Source: Clostridia bacterium
GTDB taxonomy: Bacteria > Bacillota > Clostridia > HGM11514
DNA length: 64,000 nucleotides
Assembly (NCBI GenBank): GCA_045586685.1
Contig: JAZNAU010000039.1
Span: forward strand, 10,024-74,023
Direction: 5' to 3'
The notes under the pieces were generated by a model. That model was not told the DNA's origin. It did no database searches and worked only from the letters and a program-made list of their open reading frames with translations. Positions 43,833-55,048 of this stretch are shown here, piece by piece; within the stretch, counting starts at the first letter, position 1, and the number at the start of each line of letters is the position of its first letter. Both the position numbers and the translations under genes were made by a program.

Positions 43833-43866
43833 AAGGCAAAATGGCTTTATAAAACCATTTTGCCTT
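43833..43866 (-). terminator. Terminator after the EF-G paralogue
   Basis: AAGGCAAAATGG-loop-CCATTTTGCCTT followed by TT on the minus strand. Confidence 0.7.
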
Positions 43867-43897
43867 GTATGGTCTGTGCATTTTTCCACATCCCAAA

Positions 43898-45946
43898 TTA
43901 TTCGTCTTTATTTTTCTGTGCCTCTTCTATAATTTTTTGTGCAATGTTGGGAGGTGCTTCCTCGTATCGTTCAAAGGTGAAGGTAAAGCTTCCTCTTCCG
44001 CCGGTTGCGGAACGAAGGTCGGTGGCATACTTGGTCATTTCGCCCATGGGGACTTCTGCAATGACCTCACCGGGATTCATTCCCAGCACACGCCCCCGTC
44101 GCTTATTGATACCGCCGATTATATCACCCATATAAGAATCGGGAACATGAACCTCTAAACGTCCCACAGGTTCCAGTAACACGGGGCCTGCTTCTTCCAA
44201 CCCCTTCTTGTATGCGAGGGACGCTGCTACTTTAAACGCCATTTCGGAAGAATCAACAGGGTGGTAAGAGCCATCTACCAAAGTTGCTTTCAGGTTCACA
44301 ACAGGATATCCCGCCAGAACACCGTGAGCAATGCATTCCTGTAAGCCTTTCTCAACAGCAGGGAAGTAGTTCTTGGGAACAGCACCGCCAAAAATTTGCT
44401 CGGTAAATTCCAGTTCCGGTTTGTCCCCTGGTTCAAACTCAATCCATACATGACCAAACTGACCATGACCGCCGGATTGCTTTTTATGCTTTCCTTCTAC
44501 TTTTACCTTCTTACGAATGGTTTCCCGATAAGCAACCTTAGGTTCAATCAAATCAACAGAAACACCAAATTTCGCCTTCAGCTTACTTACAGTCACCTCC
44601 AAATGTTGTTCACCAAGACCTGACAACAACATCTGTTTGGTTTCGGTATTGTTCTCTAATTTTAAGGTAGGATCTTCTTCCAACAATTTATGCAAGCCGG
44701 CACTGATTTTTTCTTCATCGCCCTTTTCTTTGGTTTTGACAGCCAGTGACATAGCAGGAACGGGGAATGTAACACCGTCTAACACAATGGGCTTTCCTGT
44801 TGCACACAAAGTTTGCCCTGTTTTTGTTTTAGCCAGTTTTGCCACAGCGCCAATATCTCCTGCAGTGATTTCCGAAACCTCAATTTGTTTTTTCCCTCTG
44901 ACTACATATAATTTCCCAATCTTTTCCGGCTCTCCTGTAGAGGCATTCAAAACTTGGGAATCGGCTTTAATACTGCCGGAGAATACACGGAAATAGGACA
45001 TTTTTCCAACATAGGGGTCGGCCACCGTTTTAAATACCAAAGCAGATAAGCTATCCCCTGCAGTCAGTTCTACTGTTTCATCTTTGCCGGGAACCAAACC
45101 GGTCACTGTATCAGAAGGCATGGGCATATATTTCACAATCGCATCCAACAAAAGTGAAACTCCGCCGCCTGTCAAGGCACTGCCGCAGAATACAGGCACG
45201 ATTGCACCGGAACGAACCCCGCTCTTTACTGCCTTTACAATCTCTTCCTGAGTAAAATCTTCCCCTGCAAAATACTTTTCCATCAGGGAATCTTCTGTGA
45301 CTGCAATGGTCTCTTTAATCATATCAATAAATTTTTCAATGCCGTCTTCCAACCATTCGGGCATATCACAATCGGTCAGCTCGATACCGGTACCGTTTTT
45401 TGCTTTTTTATGTACCAAATCCACAAAACCGGTCAGCTTTCCATCTTCTTTTATAGGTGCTACAAACGGCATTACCGCGGTACCGAAACATTCTCTCAGT
45501 TGTTCGACTACCTTGGTATAGCCGGAATTTTCATCATCCATTTTGTTAACAAAAATAATAGAAGGAATTCCACGCTCCTGAGCATAATTCCACGCCTTTT
45601 CAGTTCCTACCGAAACGCCGGACTTTCCGCTGACAGGAATCAGCGCGGCATCAGCAACCCGAATCCCTTCCATCGCCTCTCCGGCGAAATCGAAGTAACC
45701 CGGTGTGTCCAGCATATTGATTTTACAGCCATTCCATTCAAAGGGCAATAGAGCTGTGCTAATTGAAATGGTTCTTTTAATCTCTTCCGGATCAAAGTCA
45801 GAAACGGTATTTCCGTCTGCCACTTTTCCCCAGCGGTCGGATGCGCCTGCCATATGCAGGCAAACCTCCCCTAAAGTTGTTTTGCCCGCATGTCCGCCTG
45901 AAACCAAGCAGATATTACGGATGCTTTCCATCGGGTATTGCTTCAT
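43898..45946 (-). CDS. fusA2: Elongation factor G paralogue (EF-G2 type)
   Basis: Degenerate G1 GGHAGKTT, DTPGYFDF, NKMD, KQSGGHGQFG, DGSYHPVDSSEMAF; not in an rpsL-rpsG-fusA-tuf context. Confidence 0.88.
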   Translation of the reverse strand: MKQYPMESIRNICLVSGGHAGKTTLGEVCLHMAGASDRWGKVADGNTVSDFDPEEIKRTISISTALLPFEWNGCKINMLDTPGYFDFAGEAMEGIRVADAALIPVSGKSGVSVGTEKAWNYAQERGIPSIIFVNKMDDENSGYTKVVEQLRECFGTAVMPFVAPIKEDGKLTGFVDLVHKKAKNGTGIELTDCDMPEWLEDGIEKFIDMIKETIAVTEDSLMEKYFAGEDFTQEEIVKAVKSGVRSGAIVPVFCGSALTGGGVSLLLDAIVKYMPMPSDTVTGLVPGKDETVELTAGDSLSALVFKTVADPYVGKMSYFRVFSGSIKADSQVLNASTGEPEKIGKLYVVRGKKQIEVSEITAGDIGAVAKLAKTKTGQTLCATGKPIVLDGVTFPVPAMSLAVKTKEKGDEEKISAGLHKLLEEDPTLKLENNTETKQMLLSGLGEQHLEVTVSKLKAKFGVSVDLIEPKVAYRETIRKKVKVEGKHKKQSGGHGQFGHVWIEFEPGDKPELEFTEQIFGGAVPKNYFPAVEKGLQECIAHGVLAGYPVVNLKATLVDGSYHPVDSSEMAFKVAASLAYKKGLEEAGPVLLEPVGRLEVHVPDSYMGDIIGGINKRRGRVLGMNPGEVIAEVPMGEMTKYATDLRSATGGRGSFTFTFERYEEAPPNIAQKIIEEAQKNKDE

Positions 45947-46185
45947 ATCATAAATCCTCCTTGTAATTATTTTTACTTGATATCCCAAGCTATGTTACCA
46001 TTATATCACCTTTTTTAGATATTTTCCATAGTTTTTTCGAATAATTTTTAAGTTTACCCTGAAAATATGCACAAAGATTTGTTTAAAATATAGGAATTTT
46101 AAACAAAAACCTTGTTTTTCATTGAATTTATGTAAAAAAATTGGTATAATAGAAAAAGAAATTTGTGAAAAGGAAGTCTTACATA

Positions 46186-47451
46186 ATGAAATTACAACCC
46201 AGAAAAAAATTACATGGAGAACTGACCGTTCCTCCTGATAAATCTATTTCCCACAGAGCGGTTTTATTCTCCTCCCTTGCAAAAGGAGAGTGTCAAATCA
46301 GAAATTTTTTGGAATCGGACGACTGCTTATCCACCATTTCCTGTATGCGACAGCTGGGGGTGTCCATTGAGCAAAAGGGAACAGAGGTAAGAGTAAAAGG
46401 AAAAGGCCTTCACGGGTTAAAAAGCCCTTCCGAATTGCTGTACACCGGTAATTCCGGTACTACCACAAGATTGCTTACGGGGATTTTATGCGGTCAGAAT
46501 TTTGTTTCTCAAATCAGCGGGGATGCCTCCATCTGCCGCCGTCCCATGAATCGGATTATTGACCCGCTTTCTCAGATGGGGGCAGACATTTCCTCTCAAG
46601 AAGGATTTTGCCCCATGACCGTTTCTCCTGCCAGATTACAAGGTATTTCTTATCAGATGCCTCAGGATTCTGCTCAGGTCAAATCGGCTATTTTACTGGC
46701 GGGACTCTATGCAGATGGTATGACCTCTGTAACGGAAAACAATCAGTCAAGGGACCACAGTGAACGAATGCTGACCGCCTTTGGTTGTCAAGTTAACAGG
46801 CGGGGAAACACGATTTTGCTAACCCCTCCGGAGGAATTATATCCTTGCGATATTGAGGTAGTAGGTGACATTTCTTCTGCTGCATTTTTCTTGGTGGCAG
46901 GAGCCATTTTGCCAAACTCTTGTATTACCGTAAAAAATGTGGGAATGAACCCTACCAGAACGGGTATTATTGATATATTACGCCAAATGGGTGCAAAGCT
47001 GACCATTGAGAATGAAAGAATGGTAGGAGGGGAACCCGCAGCAGATATTACGGTGCAGTCCTCTGATTTGAAAGGAGTTTCTTTCGGGGGAGATATCATG
47101 CCCCGATTGATTGACGAAATCCCCATTTTAGCGGTGGCTGCTGCCTTTGCAACGGGGGAAACGGTCATTTCCGGAGCACAAGAATTGAAGGTAAAGGAAA
47201 CCAACCGCATTGATACAGTGTGCGCAGAACTGCAAAAGGCGGGAATCCAAGTGACTCCCACCCATGACGGAATGCTTATCCGCGGTGGTGCGCGTATAAA
47301 AGGTGCCTCCTTTGAAAGCCACGGGGACCATAGAATTGCCATGGCATGTACCATTCTTGCCTTAGGTGCAGATGGAGAAAGTGAGCTTATCAATCCCGAG
47401 TGTGCTTCTGTTTCTTTTCCGGAGTTTTACGAAACGTTAAATCGATTATAA
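46186..47451 (+). CDS. aroA: 3-phosphoshikimate 1-carboxyvinyltransferase (class II EPSPS)
   Basis: PDKSISHRA, GNSGTTTR, SAQVKSA, RDHSE, NPTR, DHRIAM. Confidence 0.96.
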   Translation: MKLQPRKKLHGELTVPPDKSISHRAVLFSSLAKGECQIRNFLESDDCLSTISCMRQLGVSIEQKGTEVRVKGKGLHGLKSPSELLYTGNSGTTTRLLTGILCGQNFVSQISGDASICRRPMNRIIDPLSQMGADISSQEGFCPMTVSPARLQGISYQMPQDSAQVKSAILLAGLYADGMTSVTENNQSRDHSERMLTAFGCQVNRRGNTILLTPPEELYPCDIEVVGDISSAAFFLVAGAILPNSCITVKNVGMNPTRTGIIDILRQMGAKLTIENERMVGGEPAADITVQSSDLKGVSFGGDIMPRLIDEIPILAVAAAFATGETVISGAQELKVKETNRIDTVCAELQKAGIQVTPTHDGMLIRGGARIKGASFESHGDHRIAMACTILALGADGESELINPECASVSFPEFYETLNRL

Positions 47452-47485
47452 AAGGAAGGTCGCAGCCAACGGCTACGACCTTTTC

Positions 47486-49333
47486 TTATTGTTCTGTTTC
47501 TTTTTCCTCCGGAACTTCCTCTGCTTGGGGTTGTTCCATCACAGCTTTAAATTCATCTCCATCCAAAATTTCCTGTTCCAGCAAAGCATTTGCTACAGCA
47601 TGAAGCTTATCAATATGCTCTTTTAACATCTCAACTGCTTTTTCATAGCCGGATTCTACAATTTTATAAATTTCTTCATCAATTTTTGCGGCAATTTCCT
47701 CGCTGTATTGCTTAGAATGACCAAAATCTCTGCCGATAAACACTTCGTCCTGAGAAGATTTATAAGCAATGGGTCCCAAATTGTCGCTCATGCCGTAGGA
47801 CACCACCATTTCACGTGCCACTTGGGTAGCATGCTGAATGTCTCCCGATGCTCCGGTGGTTACATCCTCCATAATCAGCTTTTCTGCCGCACGACCACCC
47901 ATGGACATAATAATAGTTTGGGTCATTTGTTCTTTGGTCACATACTGGTCATCCGTTTTAGGAAGGGTCATGGTAAAGCCCCCGGCTCTTCCTCGAGGAA
48001 TAATGGTGACATGATGCACATCATCCACCAAGGGCAGCAAATATGCGGTAATGGCATGGCCTGCTTCGTGATATGCAGTGATTCTCTTATCACGGTCGGT
48101 TACCACACGGGATTTTTTCTCCGGTCCCATGGTAACTTTCAGCATGGCTTCTTTTAACTGAGGCATGTGAATCACTTTTTCTCCGGCTCTTGCACAAAGA
48201 AGAGCAGCCTCATTCATCAAATTTTCCAAATCTGCACCAGTAAAACCAATGGTGGTTTTTGCTAAGGTTTTCAAATTCACATCGTCGCCCAAAAACTTTC
48301 CCTTTGAATGAATTTTTAAAATTTCTTCCCGACCCTTTACATCGGGAGCACCAACCACGACCTGTCGGTCAAAACGACCCGGTCTTAACAAAGCGGGGTC
48401 CAGAATATCCGGACGGTTGGTAGCGGCAATAATGATAACGCCCTCGTTCACTGCAAAACCATCCATTTCCACAAGCAACTGGTTTAAGGTTTGCTCTCTT
48501 TCATCATGACCGCCCCCTAAGCCCGCACCTCTTTGACGGCCCACAGCATCAATTTCATCAATAAAGATAATGGCAGGAGCATGTTTTTTTGCCTGCTCAA
48601 ATAAATCACGAACACGGGATGCCCCCACACCTACAAACATTTCCACAAAATCAGATCCGCTGATAGAAAAGAAGGGAACCCCCGCTTCTCCCGCAACTGC
48701 CTTTGCCAGCAAAGTTTTTCCTGTTCCCGGAGGACCTACCAATAAAACCCCTTTTGGGATTCTGGCACCAACCTCAATAAACTTAGAGGGGTCGCGCAAG
48801 AAATCAACAATTTCTGCCAGTTCTTCCTTTTCCTCGTCTGCTCCCGCAACATCGGCAAAGGTATGTTTTTTCTTATCGTCCGTTAACATACGGGCCCGGC
48901 TTTTTCCAAAGGACATTGCTCCTCTGCCGCCTCCTCCCCCTTGTCCTTGCTGGAACAGAATAAACATAAATCCGCCAAACAGTAACAAGGTCAACAGGGT
49001 AGGCAACAGGGAAATCCACCAGTTATTTCTTTCATGCTCTGCTTTTACAACCAGAGAGCCCTGTTCCACTGCTTTGTTAATGGCATCCCCTGCATCCTGA
49101 TATAAAATATCCTGACTGGGGATATCAATTTGGTATTCCGTTCCGTTTTCCAGTAAAACGGCAACAACCGTATCAGACAATATCATTTCGGTTACTTCGC
49201 CCTGTTCCAGATATTGAACCAGGTCGGAATACACTTTATTGTTGCCTTCCGTGCCGATACCAAACAATGTCCACATTCCCCAAATCAATACAAACAATAA
49301 TAAGTAAAACCCCATGTTTTTCAAAAATCTCAT
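47486..49333 (-). CDS. ftsH: ATP-dependent zinc metalloprotease FtsH
   Basis: Two TM segments, [18 protein letters not shown]. Confidence 0.97.
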   Translation of the reverse strand: MRFLKNMGFYLLLFVLIWGMWTLFGIGTEGNNKVYSDLVQYLEQGEVTEMILSDTVVAVLLENGTEYQIDIPSQDILYQDAGDAINKAVEQGSLVVKAEHERNNWWISLLPTLLTLLLFGGFMFILFQQGQGGGGGRGAMSFGKSRARMLTDDKKKHTFADVAGADEEKEELAEIVDFLRDPSKFIEVGARIPKGVLLVGPPGTGKTLLAKAVAGEAGVPFFSISGSDFVEMFVGVGASRVRDLFEQAKKHAPAIIFIDEIDAVGRQRGAGLGGGHDEREQTLNQLLVEMDGFAVNEGVIIIAATNRPDILDPALLRPGRFDRQVVVGAPDVKGREEILKIHSKGKFLGDDVNLKTLAKTTIGFTGADLENLMNEAALLCARAGEKVIHMPQLKEAMLKVTMGPEKKSRVVTDRDKRITAYHEAGHAITAYLLPLVDDVHHVTIIPRGRAGGFTMTLPKTDDQYVTKEQMTQTIIMSMGGRAAEKLIMEDVTTGASGDIQHATQVAREMVVSYGMSDNLGPIAYKSSQDEVFIGRDFGHSKQYSEEIAAKIDEEIYKIVESGYEKAVEMLKEHIDKLHAVANALLEQEILDGDEFKAVMEQPQAEEVPEEKETEQ

Positions 49334-49417
49334 TTCAAAAATCCATAGCCTTTCTGTCCGCCTGCATTAAAATTTTTCCGTCTCTTGTCGCGAACAAACA
49401 AGAAATGAACCCCGCTA

Positions 49418-49963
49418 TCAGCCTTCGTAAACCTCTCTTTTTAACACTCCTAAGTAGGGAAGATTACGGAAATCTTCTGCGTAATCCAAGCCATAGCCAA
49501 TGATAAACTCATCGGGCACTTCAAAACCGGTATATTTTACAGGAACCTCCACCTGACGGCGGGAGGGCTTATCAAAAATTGTGCAAACCTCTACGCTTTT
49601 CGCCCCTTGTTCTTTCAGATAATTGATTAAAAATTTCAGGGTATTTCCACTGTCAACCACATCTTCTGCAATAATAACATTCTTCCCTTCTACCGGAAAA
49701 TCCAATTCCTTTGTCACCTGTATCCTTCCGGAAGAGGTTGTGCTGTTGCCATAGGAAGAAAGGCACATAAAATTGATATTTACAGGCAAGCTGATTGCGC
49801 GCATCAAGTCTGAAGCAAACACAAATGCGCCCTTCAGCACGCAAACCAGCATAATTTCCTTTCCCTCATAATCTTTGGTAATTTCTTCACCCAGCTCTGC
49901 CACTTTTTCGGCAATTTGTTTCTCAGTAAACAGTACCTTTTCCACCATTTTGTCCAATGTCAT
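49418..49963 (-). CDS. hpt: Hypoxanthine phosphoribosyltransferase
   Basis: VLKGA, EDVVDSGNTL, GYGLDY. Confidence 0.96.
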   Translation of the reverse strand: MTLDKMVEKVLFTEKQIAEKVAELGEEITKDYEGKEIMLVCVLKGAFVFASDLMRAISLPVNINFMCLSSYGNSTTSSGRIQVTKELDFPVEGKNVIIAEDVVDSGNTLKFLINYLKEQGAKSVEVCTIFDKPSRRQVEVPVKYTGFEVPDEFIIGYGLDYAEDFRNLPYLGVLKREVYEG

Positions 49964-51275
49964 TTGTTTTCATCCTTTCCTGATTTACAATCAAGCAATC
50001 TCCCTTTTTTCCGCGGTATTCCTTCGCAACGCCCAATCCTGTTACGGCAATTACCTCACCGTTACACTCAGCAACCAATGCACGGTTTCGGATTCTTCGG
50101 GGAATTTTTCGATCAATAAACAGCTTCTTTAGTTTTCGATGTTTACCGTTTAGGCAAAACACATCTCCCTCTTGTCTGCTTCTTATATCAATTCCGGTTT
50201 TCACCAGATTATAATCAAATATCCATGTATCCGTTTCTCTCGGTTCTCTCCGAACAGCGGACACGACAATATCCGTATTCGGAATCTTAACCGTTTCCCC
50301 TTCTTTCAAAGAAACACAGAAGGAAAGGGGTTTACTTTCTTTTGCTATGAGCAATTCATCATAGCTGTTTTCTGCCCAGATATTTTTTCCGAGACACACC
50401 TTTTTTCCTGTTTTTCCTTGAGAAAACAGCTGTAATGCCGCCTCTAAGGGTGCAAACCATAAATCTGCTTTTTCTCCTGTAAGAGATTCCCAGCATTTTC
50501 GTACGATTCGCCTTTGCAAGGAGGGAGAAAGAGTTAATAAATCTTGTCTTTTACAATAAAACCCATCCTCAAACGGGTAAAACACTTCTTGTCTTTCTGC
50601 ATCCTGTTTTAATTGCTCCCCATCATCTCTCACAAGCAACGCCGTTTTGCAAAGGGCATCGACCACCTCTGGGTTGATTTGTTCCAATAACGGAATCACC
50701 TCTAATCGCAAGCGGTTTCTGGTATATTCCAATGAAAAATTACTTTGGTCGGTACAAAATTCCAATCCCTCTGCTTGACAAAAAGATTCAATTTCTGCAC
50801 GGCTTACATTCAAAAGAGGTCTGATATACTTTCCTCTTTTGGGTGACATTCCGCCCAAACCTTCTGTCCCGCATCCCCGAAGGAGATGCAAAAGGACCGT
50901 TTCTGCCTGATCGTTTTTATGATGGGCAAGAGCAATTTTATCTTGCTCCAAGGAATCAAAAAAGGTATATCTTAAGGCTCTTCCTACAGCCTCCGTATTC
51001 ATACCGGATTGTCTGGCACATCCTTTTGTTTCAAAAAAGGGAACCTCCCATTTTTTGCACAAAGCTCTGCAAAAATCCGCCTCTCGGTCTGCTTCCTTTC
51101 GCAAACCATGATTCACATGAGCGGCAGAAAGAGAAAAGGGAAGCCGTTCCCGCAATCTTGTACACAAATATAACAAGCAAACGGAATCGGCACCTCCCGA
51201 CAGGGCTACTGCCACTCGGTCGTGAGGCTGAATCAAACCTTGCTCTGTTACAACCTTACAAAACCAATCAACCAT
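49923..51275 (-). CDS. tilS: tRNA(Ile)-lysidine synthetase
   Basis: SGGADS, AHHKNDQAET, RNRLR. Confidence 0.95.
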   Translation of the reverse strand: MVDWFCKVVTEQGLIQPHDRVAVALSGGADSVCLLYLCTRLRERLPFSLSAAHVNHGLRKEADREADFCRALCKKWEVPFFETKGCARQSGMNTEAVGRALRYTFFDSLEQDKIALAHHKNDQAETVLLHLLRGCGTEGLGGMSPKRGKYIRPLLNVSRAEIESFCQAEGLEFCTDQSNFSLEYTRNRLRLEVIPLLEQINPEVVDALCKTALLVRDDGEQLKQDAERQEVFYPFEDGFYCKRQDLLTLSPSLQRRIVRKCWESLTGEKADLWFAPLEAALQLFSQGKTGKKVCLGKNIWAENSYDELLIAKESKPLSFCVSLKEGETVKIPNTDIVVSAVRREPRETDTWIFDYNLVKTGIDIRSRQEGDVFCLNGKHRKLKKLFIDRKIPRRIRNRALVAECNGEVIAVTGLGVAKEYRGKKGDCLIVNQERMKTNDIGQNGGKGTVY

Positions 51276-52602
51276 TGTGCCGCTCCAAATTACTAAACTT
51301 TGTAAATTGACCCAAGAAACTTAACTCAACCTTACCGGTAGATCCATTTCTGTGCTTAGCAATGATACATTCCGCTACATTAGGATTTTCTGTGTTTTCA
51401 TTATACATCACGTCGCGGTATAAAAACATAACAATATCCGCATCTTGCTCGATGGCGCCCGATTCGCGAAGGTCTGCCAGCATAGGGCGATGGTCCGCAC
51501 GTTGTTCTGATGCACGGGACAGCTGAGAAAGGGCAATCACCGGTACATTCAGCTCTTTTGCCATCATTTTCAAAGAACGGGAAATGTCACTGACTTCTTG
51601 CTGACGGGACTCGCTTTTGCGACCCTGCATCAGCTGCAAATAGTCAATTACAATCAACCCTAAATTTTTCTCCTGCTTTAACCGTTTACATTTCGAACGA
51701 ATTTCATTGATAGAAACACTTGCGGTATCATCCAGATAAAAGGGTGCATTGTAATACATTTTGGCAGCCTTCGTTAATCTGTCCCAATCGTTTGCGTCCA
51801 GATCTCCAACCTTCATTTTCCCCGCATCCACCAAAGCTTCGGAAGATAATAAACGGTTTACCAGCTGTTCCTTTGACATTTCCAATGCGAAAAAGGCAGT
51901 GGGAACTTTGCCCCGGGATGCCGCATACTGAGCTATATTAAGCGCAAGAGTGGATTTTCCCATTGCGGGACGGGCAGCAATCAGAATCAAGTCTGAATTA
52001 TGAAGCCCAGCAGTCAGTTTATCCAGATCTATCAGTCCTGTGGAAATACCGGTCACGGTGCCTCCTTGTTTTTGCAACTCTGCCAACAGCTCAAAGCTTT
52101 TGGGAATCACCTCTCCCACCGTAACAAAATCACGAGAGTCCTTATTTTGCAGAATATCAAAAATTTTCTGTTCCGCCGCATCTAATACGACAGACACCTC
52201 TTCTGTTTCTGCAAGGCATAAATTTTGGATTTCTCCTGTTGCGGTTAACAGCTTACGAAGGGTAGACTTATCCTTTACAATTTTAATATAGTAATGTAAA
52301 TTTTCGGTGGTAGGAACTCCTGCCGCCAACTCCGATAAGTAATTCAGTCCGCCGATTGCGTCAAGACTGCCTCGCTGAATCAGCTGATCCTGCAGTACAA
52401 CTGCATCAATGGGCTTGCCTACATGGTATAAATCCATCATGGCACAAAAAACCTCTCTGGTTGCCTGCAAATAAAAATCGTCTTCCCGCAAGGTTCCGGC
52501 TATTACGGAAACCTGTTCCGGATCAAACAATATGGCCCCCAGAACACTTTGCTCTGCTTGACGGCTATAGGGTACTGTTCTCATTCCTTCCGTCTGATTC
52601 AT
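51268..52602 (-). CDS. dnaB: Replicative DNA helicase (DnaB family; dnaC in Bacillus nomenclature)
   Basis: AARPAMGKS, DYLQL, LSQLSR, DLRESGAIEQDAD. Confidence 0.97.
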   Translation of the reverse strand: MNQTEGMRTVPYSRQAEQSVLGAILFDPEQVSVIAGTLREDDFYLQATREVFCAMMDLYHVGKPIDAVVLQDQLIQRGSLDAIGGLNYLSELAAGVPTTENLHYYIKIVKDKSTLRKLLTATGEIQNLCLAETEEVSVVLDAAEQKIFDILQNKDSRDFVTVGEVIPKSFELLAELQKQGGTVTGISTGLIDLDKLTAGLHNSDLILIAARPAMGKSTLALNIAQYAASRGKVPTAFFALEMSKEQLVNRLLSSEALVDAGKMKVGDLDANDWDRLTKAAKMYYNAPFYLDDTASVSINEIRSKCKRLKQEKNLGLIVIDYLQLMQGRKSESRQQEVSDISRSLKMMAKELNVPVIALSQLSRASEQRADHRPMLADLRESGAIEQDADIVMFLYRDVMYNENTENPNVAECIIAKHRNGSTGKVELSFLGQFTKFSNLERHNG

Positions 52603-52615
52603 GTTTTTTCCTCCG

Positions 52616-53065
52616 TTATACTTGTGTTACCTTTACCGTGCATGTTCCATGCACCTGAGGATGAAGCTTCACCTCTAATTTATGAGTGCCGGTGGTTTTC
52701 ACCCCACCGTCGGGCACTACCAATTTTCTCTTATCAATCACAATATGATGTTGCATTTTTACTGCTTCTGCAATATCTTTTGCGGTAATAGAACCAAACA
52801 GTTTACCGTTTTCTCCTGCCTTTGCAGACAATTCCACCACAACACCTGAAAGCTTAGAAGCCGTTTCCTGTGCCTGTTCTAATTCCTGCTGTTGCCGAAA
52901 TGCTTCTGCTTCTTTTTTTCCTTTTAACACATTCAGGTTAGATTTATTTGCTTCTACTGCCAATCCTTTGGGAAGCAAGAAATTACGGGCATATCCGTCA
53001 CTTACTTCAATATAATCGCCCTTTTTTCCTTTTCCTTTTACATCCGCCTGTAAAATAACCTTCAT
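52616..53065 (-). CDS. rplI: 50S ribosomal protein L9
   Basis: MKVIL...[11 protein letters not shown]...KLFGSIT. Confidence 0.97.
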   Translation of the reverse strand: MKVILQADVKGKGKKGDYIEVSDGYARNFLLPKGLAVEANKSNLNVLKGKKEAEAFRQQQELEQAQETASKLSGVVVELSAKAGENGKLFGSITAKDIAEAVKMQHHIVIDKRKLVVPDGGVKTTGTHKLEVKLHPQVHGTCTVKVTQV

Positions 53066-53081
53066 TTTATCTCAACCTTTC

Positions 53082-55034
53082 TTAATTAGTCTCATATTCT
53101 TCTATGGCTTTTATTACCCTATCTTTTGCTTGTTCTAACGTCAGGTCTTCTAATTTTGTTCCTGCCGAAGTCTGATGACCGCCTCCGCCAATTTTTTCCA
53201 TAACCAGCTGTACATTTATTTCACCGCGGGAACGGGCGCTAACATGCACGTGCCCCTCATGAGGGCAGAGCACAAAGCTTGCCTGTATGGAATCAATGGT
53301 CAGCAATTCATCTGCCGTCATAGGCATAATTTGCATATCATCCTTACCCGGCAGACAATAGGTAATGGCATATTTTTGTTTATAAATATTGGCTTCTTCC
53401 ACTGCTTCGGAAATCTTTTGATAGGTTTCCAGATCGGTACGGAACATATTTTGTACCTCAATGGGATCCGCTCCCTGACGGCGTAAATAAGATGCTGCAT
53501 CAAAGGTGCGTACGTTGGTTTTTACCGTAAAATTCTTAGTATCCAGTACAATTCCGCAAAGAAGAGCTTCAGCTTCTGCTTTGGAAAGTTTTAAGCCGTT
53601 TCCCACATACTGCAAAATTTCACTGACCATTTCACAGGTAGAAGACGCATAGGGTTCCTGATACATCAGCACAGGACGGCTGATAAAATCTGCACTTCTG
53701 CGATGATGGTCAATTAGCACCACATGAGAAGACCGCTCCACAAGCTCAGGACATTCCACCAACGAAGGGCGGTGAATATCCACCACTACCAGCAACGTAT
53801 TTTCCTGAATAAAATTTTTTGCATGAACCGGTTCCATCCAGATAGGGGGTAATTCCTTTTTTAAAGAACCAACCAGTTTTTTAACAGAGGAATTACATTC
53901 TCCTAAAATAATTCTTGCAGGAGTGTTCAGATGTCTTGCAATGGCACAAACTCCCAATGCCGCACCGATGCAGTCCGCATCAGGATTTTTATGCCCCATT
54001 ACAATCACATCCGGAGCATTTTCAATCAGGCTGTACAAGGCCTGAGAAATGACTCTTGCCCGTACACGGGTCCGTTTTTCCAGTTCTCTGGAATTTCCCC
54101 CGAAAAAGGAAAACCGATCCTCTTGTTTTACAACCGCCTGATCACCGCCACGACCCAATGCCAACTCCAACGCTGCCTGAGAAGCAGATACCGCTTCTGC
54201 TACTGTAGACTGATGACTGCCTACTCCAATACTTAAGGTAACCGGAATATCATTATACCCCTTAATACTTTTCACTTCATTTAAAATCTTAAATTTTTCC
54301 TCCAACAGTTGGTTCAAATGCTGTTGGTCAACAATCAGTAAAAACCGGTCTCTGTCCGTTCGGCGAAACATTCCTTCCAAAGGAGACGCCCATTGATAAA
54401 GAGAGGTTTCAATTTCCATAATCAGCTTGTTCTGTTCCCCTTCTGTAAGGCCGGACGTCACTTCCGCATAATTATCCACCGTAATAGAGCCTGCCGCAAT
54501 TCTTCCTGATTCATACAAATCTTCCAATTCACGTTCGCGGGTAACCTCCAAAAAGGTCAATCCTCGGGCATTCCATTCTCCTTCTAACTTCTGAGCAATC
54601 AAGGAATAGGTTTTTTCACCCAGTGTAATATCCCGTACAAATGCCGCTTTTTCGCTTAATTCCAAACACTGGGGCAACAAGGATGAAACGGGTTCTCCAA
54701 TCAACCGTTTTCCCGGAAACAACTGTCCCAATGCCACATTGAACCATTGAATGATTCCTTCGTCATCGGTAATCATGCAGGGCAGTGCCAACTCCATTAA
54801 CAACTGACGGGTGCTGTTGTCCGCCGTTTCGTTGGCGTTTTTTATTGCACATTCTAATTTTTTTTCAAAGAACTGTTGCTGAGTTTTTTGGGCTTTGTAG
54901 CGAGCTATCGATAACAGCACCCCACAAAACGCCGTAAATATTCCCCAAAGAGGAGCTTCCAAAAGTAACACGACCGTTACCATTGCAAGCAGAATAGTAT
55001 TTCCCAAAAACATCAGCATGGCCGTCTTCTTCAT
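53082..55034 (-). CDS. gdpP: Cyclic-di-AMP phosphodiesterase GdpP (TM-PAS-GGDEF-DHH-DHHA1)
   Basis: ALGRGGDQA, GHKNPDADC, IDHHR, GGGGH; between yybS and rplI. Confidence 0.92.
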   Translation of the reverse strand: MKKTAMLMFLGNTILLAMVTVVLLLEAPLWGIFTAFCGVLLSIARYKAQKTQQQFFEKKLECAIKNANETADNSTRQLLMELALPCMITDDEGIIQWFNVALGQLFPGKRLIGEPVSSLLPQCLELSEKAAFVRDITLGEKTYSLIAQKLEGEWNARGLTFLEVTRERELEDLYESGRIAAGSITVDNYAEVTSGLTEGEQNKLIMEIETSLYQWASPLEGMFRRTDRDRFLLIVDQQHLNQLLEEKFKILNEVKSIKGYNDIPVTLSIGVGSHQSTVAEAVSASQAALELALGRGGDQAVVKQEDRFSFFGGNSRELEKRTRVRARVISQALYSLIENAPDVIVMGHKNPDADCIGAALGVCAIARHLNTPARIILGECNSSVKKLVGSLKKELPPIWMEPVHAKNFIQENTLLVVVDIHRPSLVECPELVERSSHVVLIDHHRRSADFISRPVLMYQEPYASSTCEMVSEILQYVGNGLKLSKAEAEALLCGIVLDTKNFTVKTNVRTFDAASYLRRQGADPIEVQNMFRTDLETYQKISEAVEEANIYKQKYAITYCLPGKDDMQIMPMTADELLTIDSIQASFVLCPHEGHVHVSARSRGEINVQLVMEKIGGGGHQTSAGTKLEDLTLEQAKDRVIKAIEEYETN

Positions 55035-55048
55035 ACCGATCTCCCTCA

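Noticed and set aside
43758-44158. + strand ORFs of 125 and 97 aa
   Set aside because: They overlap a palindrome and are antisense to the EF-G paralogue, with no recognisable motifs.
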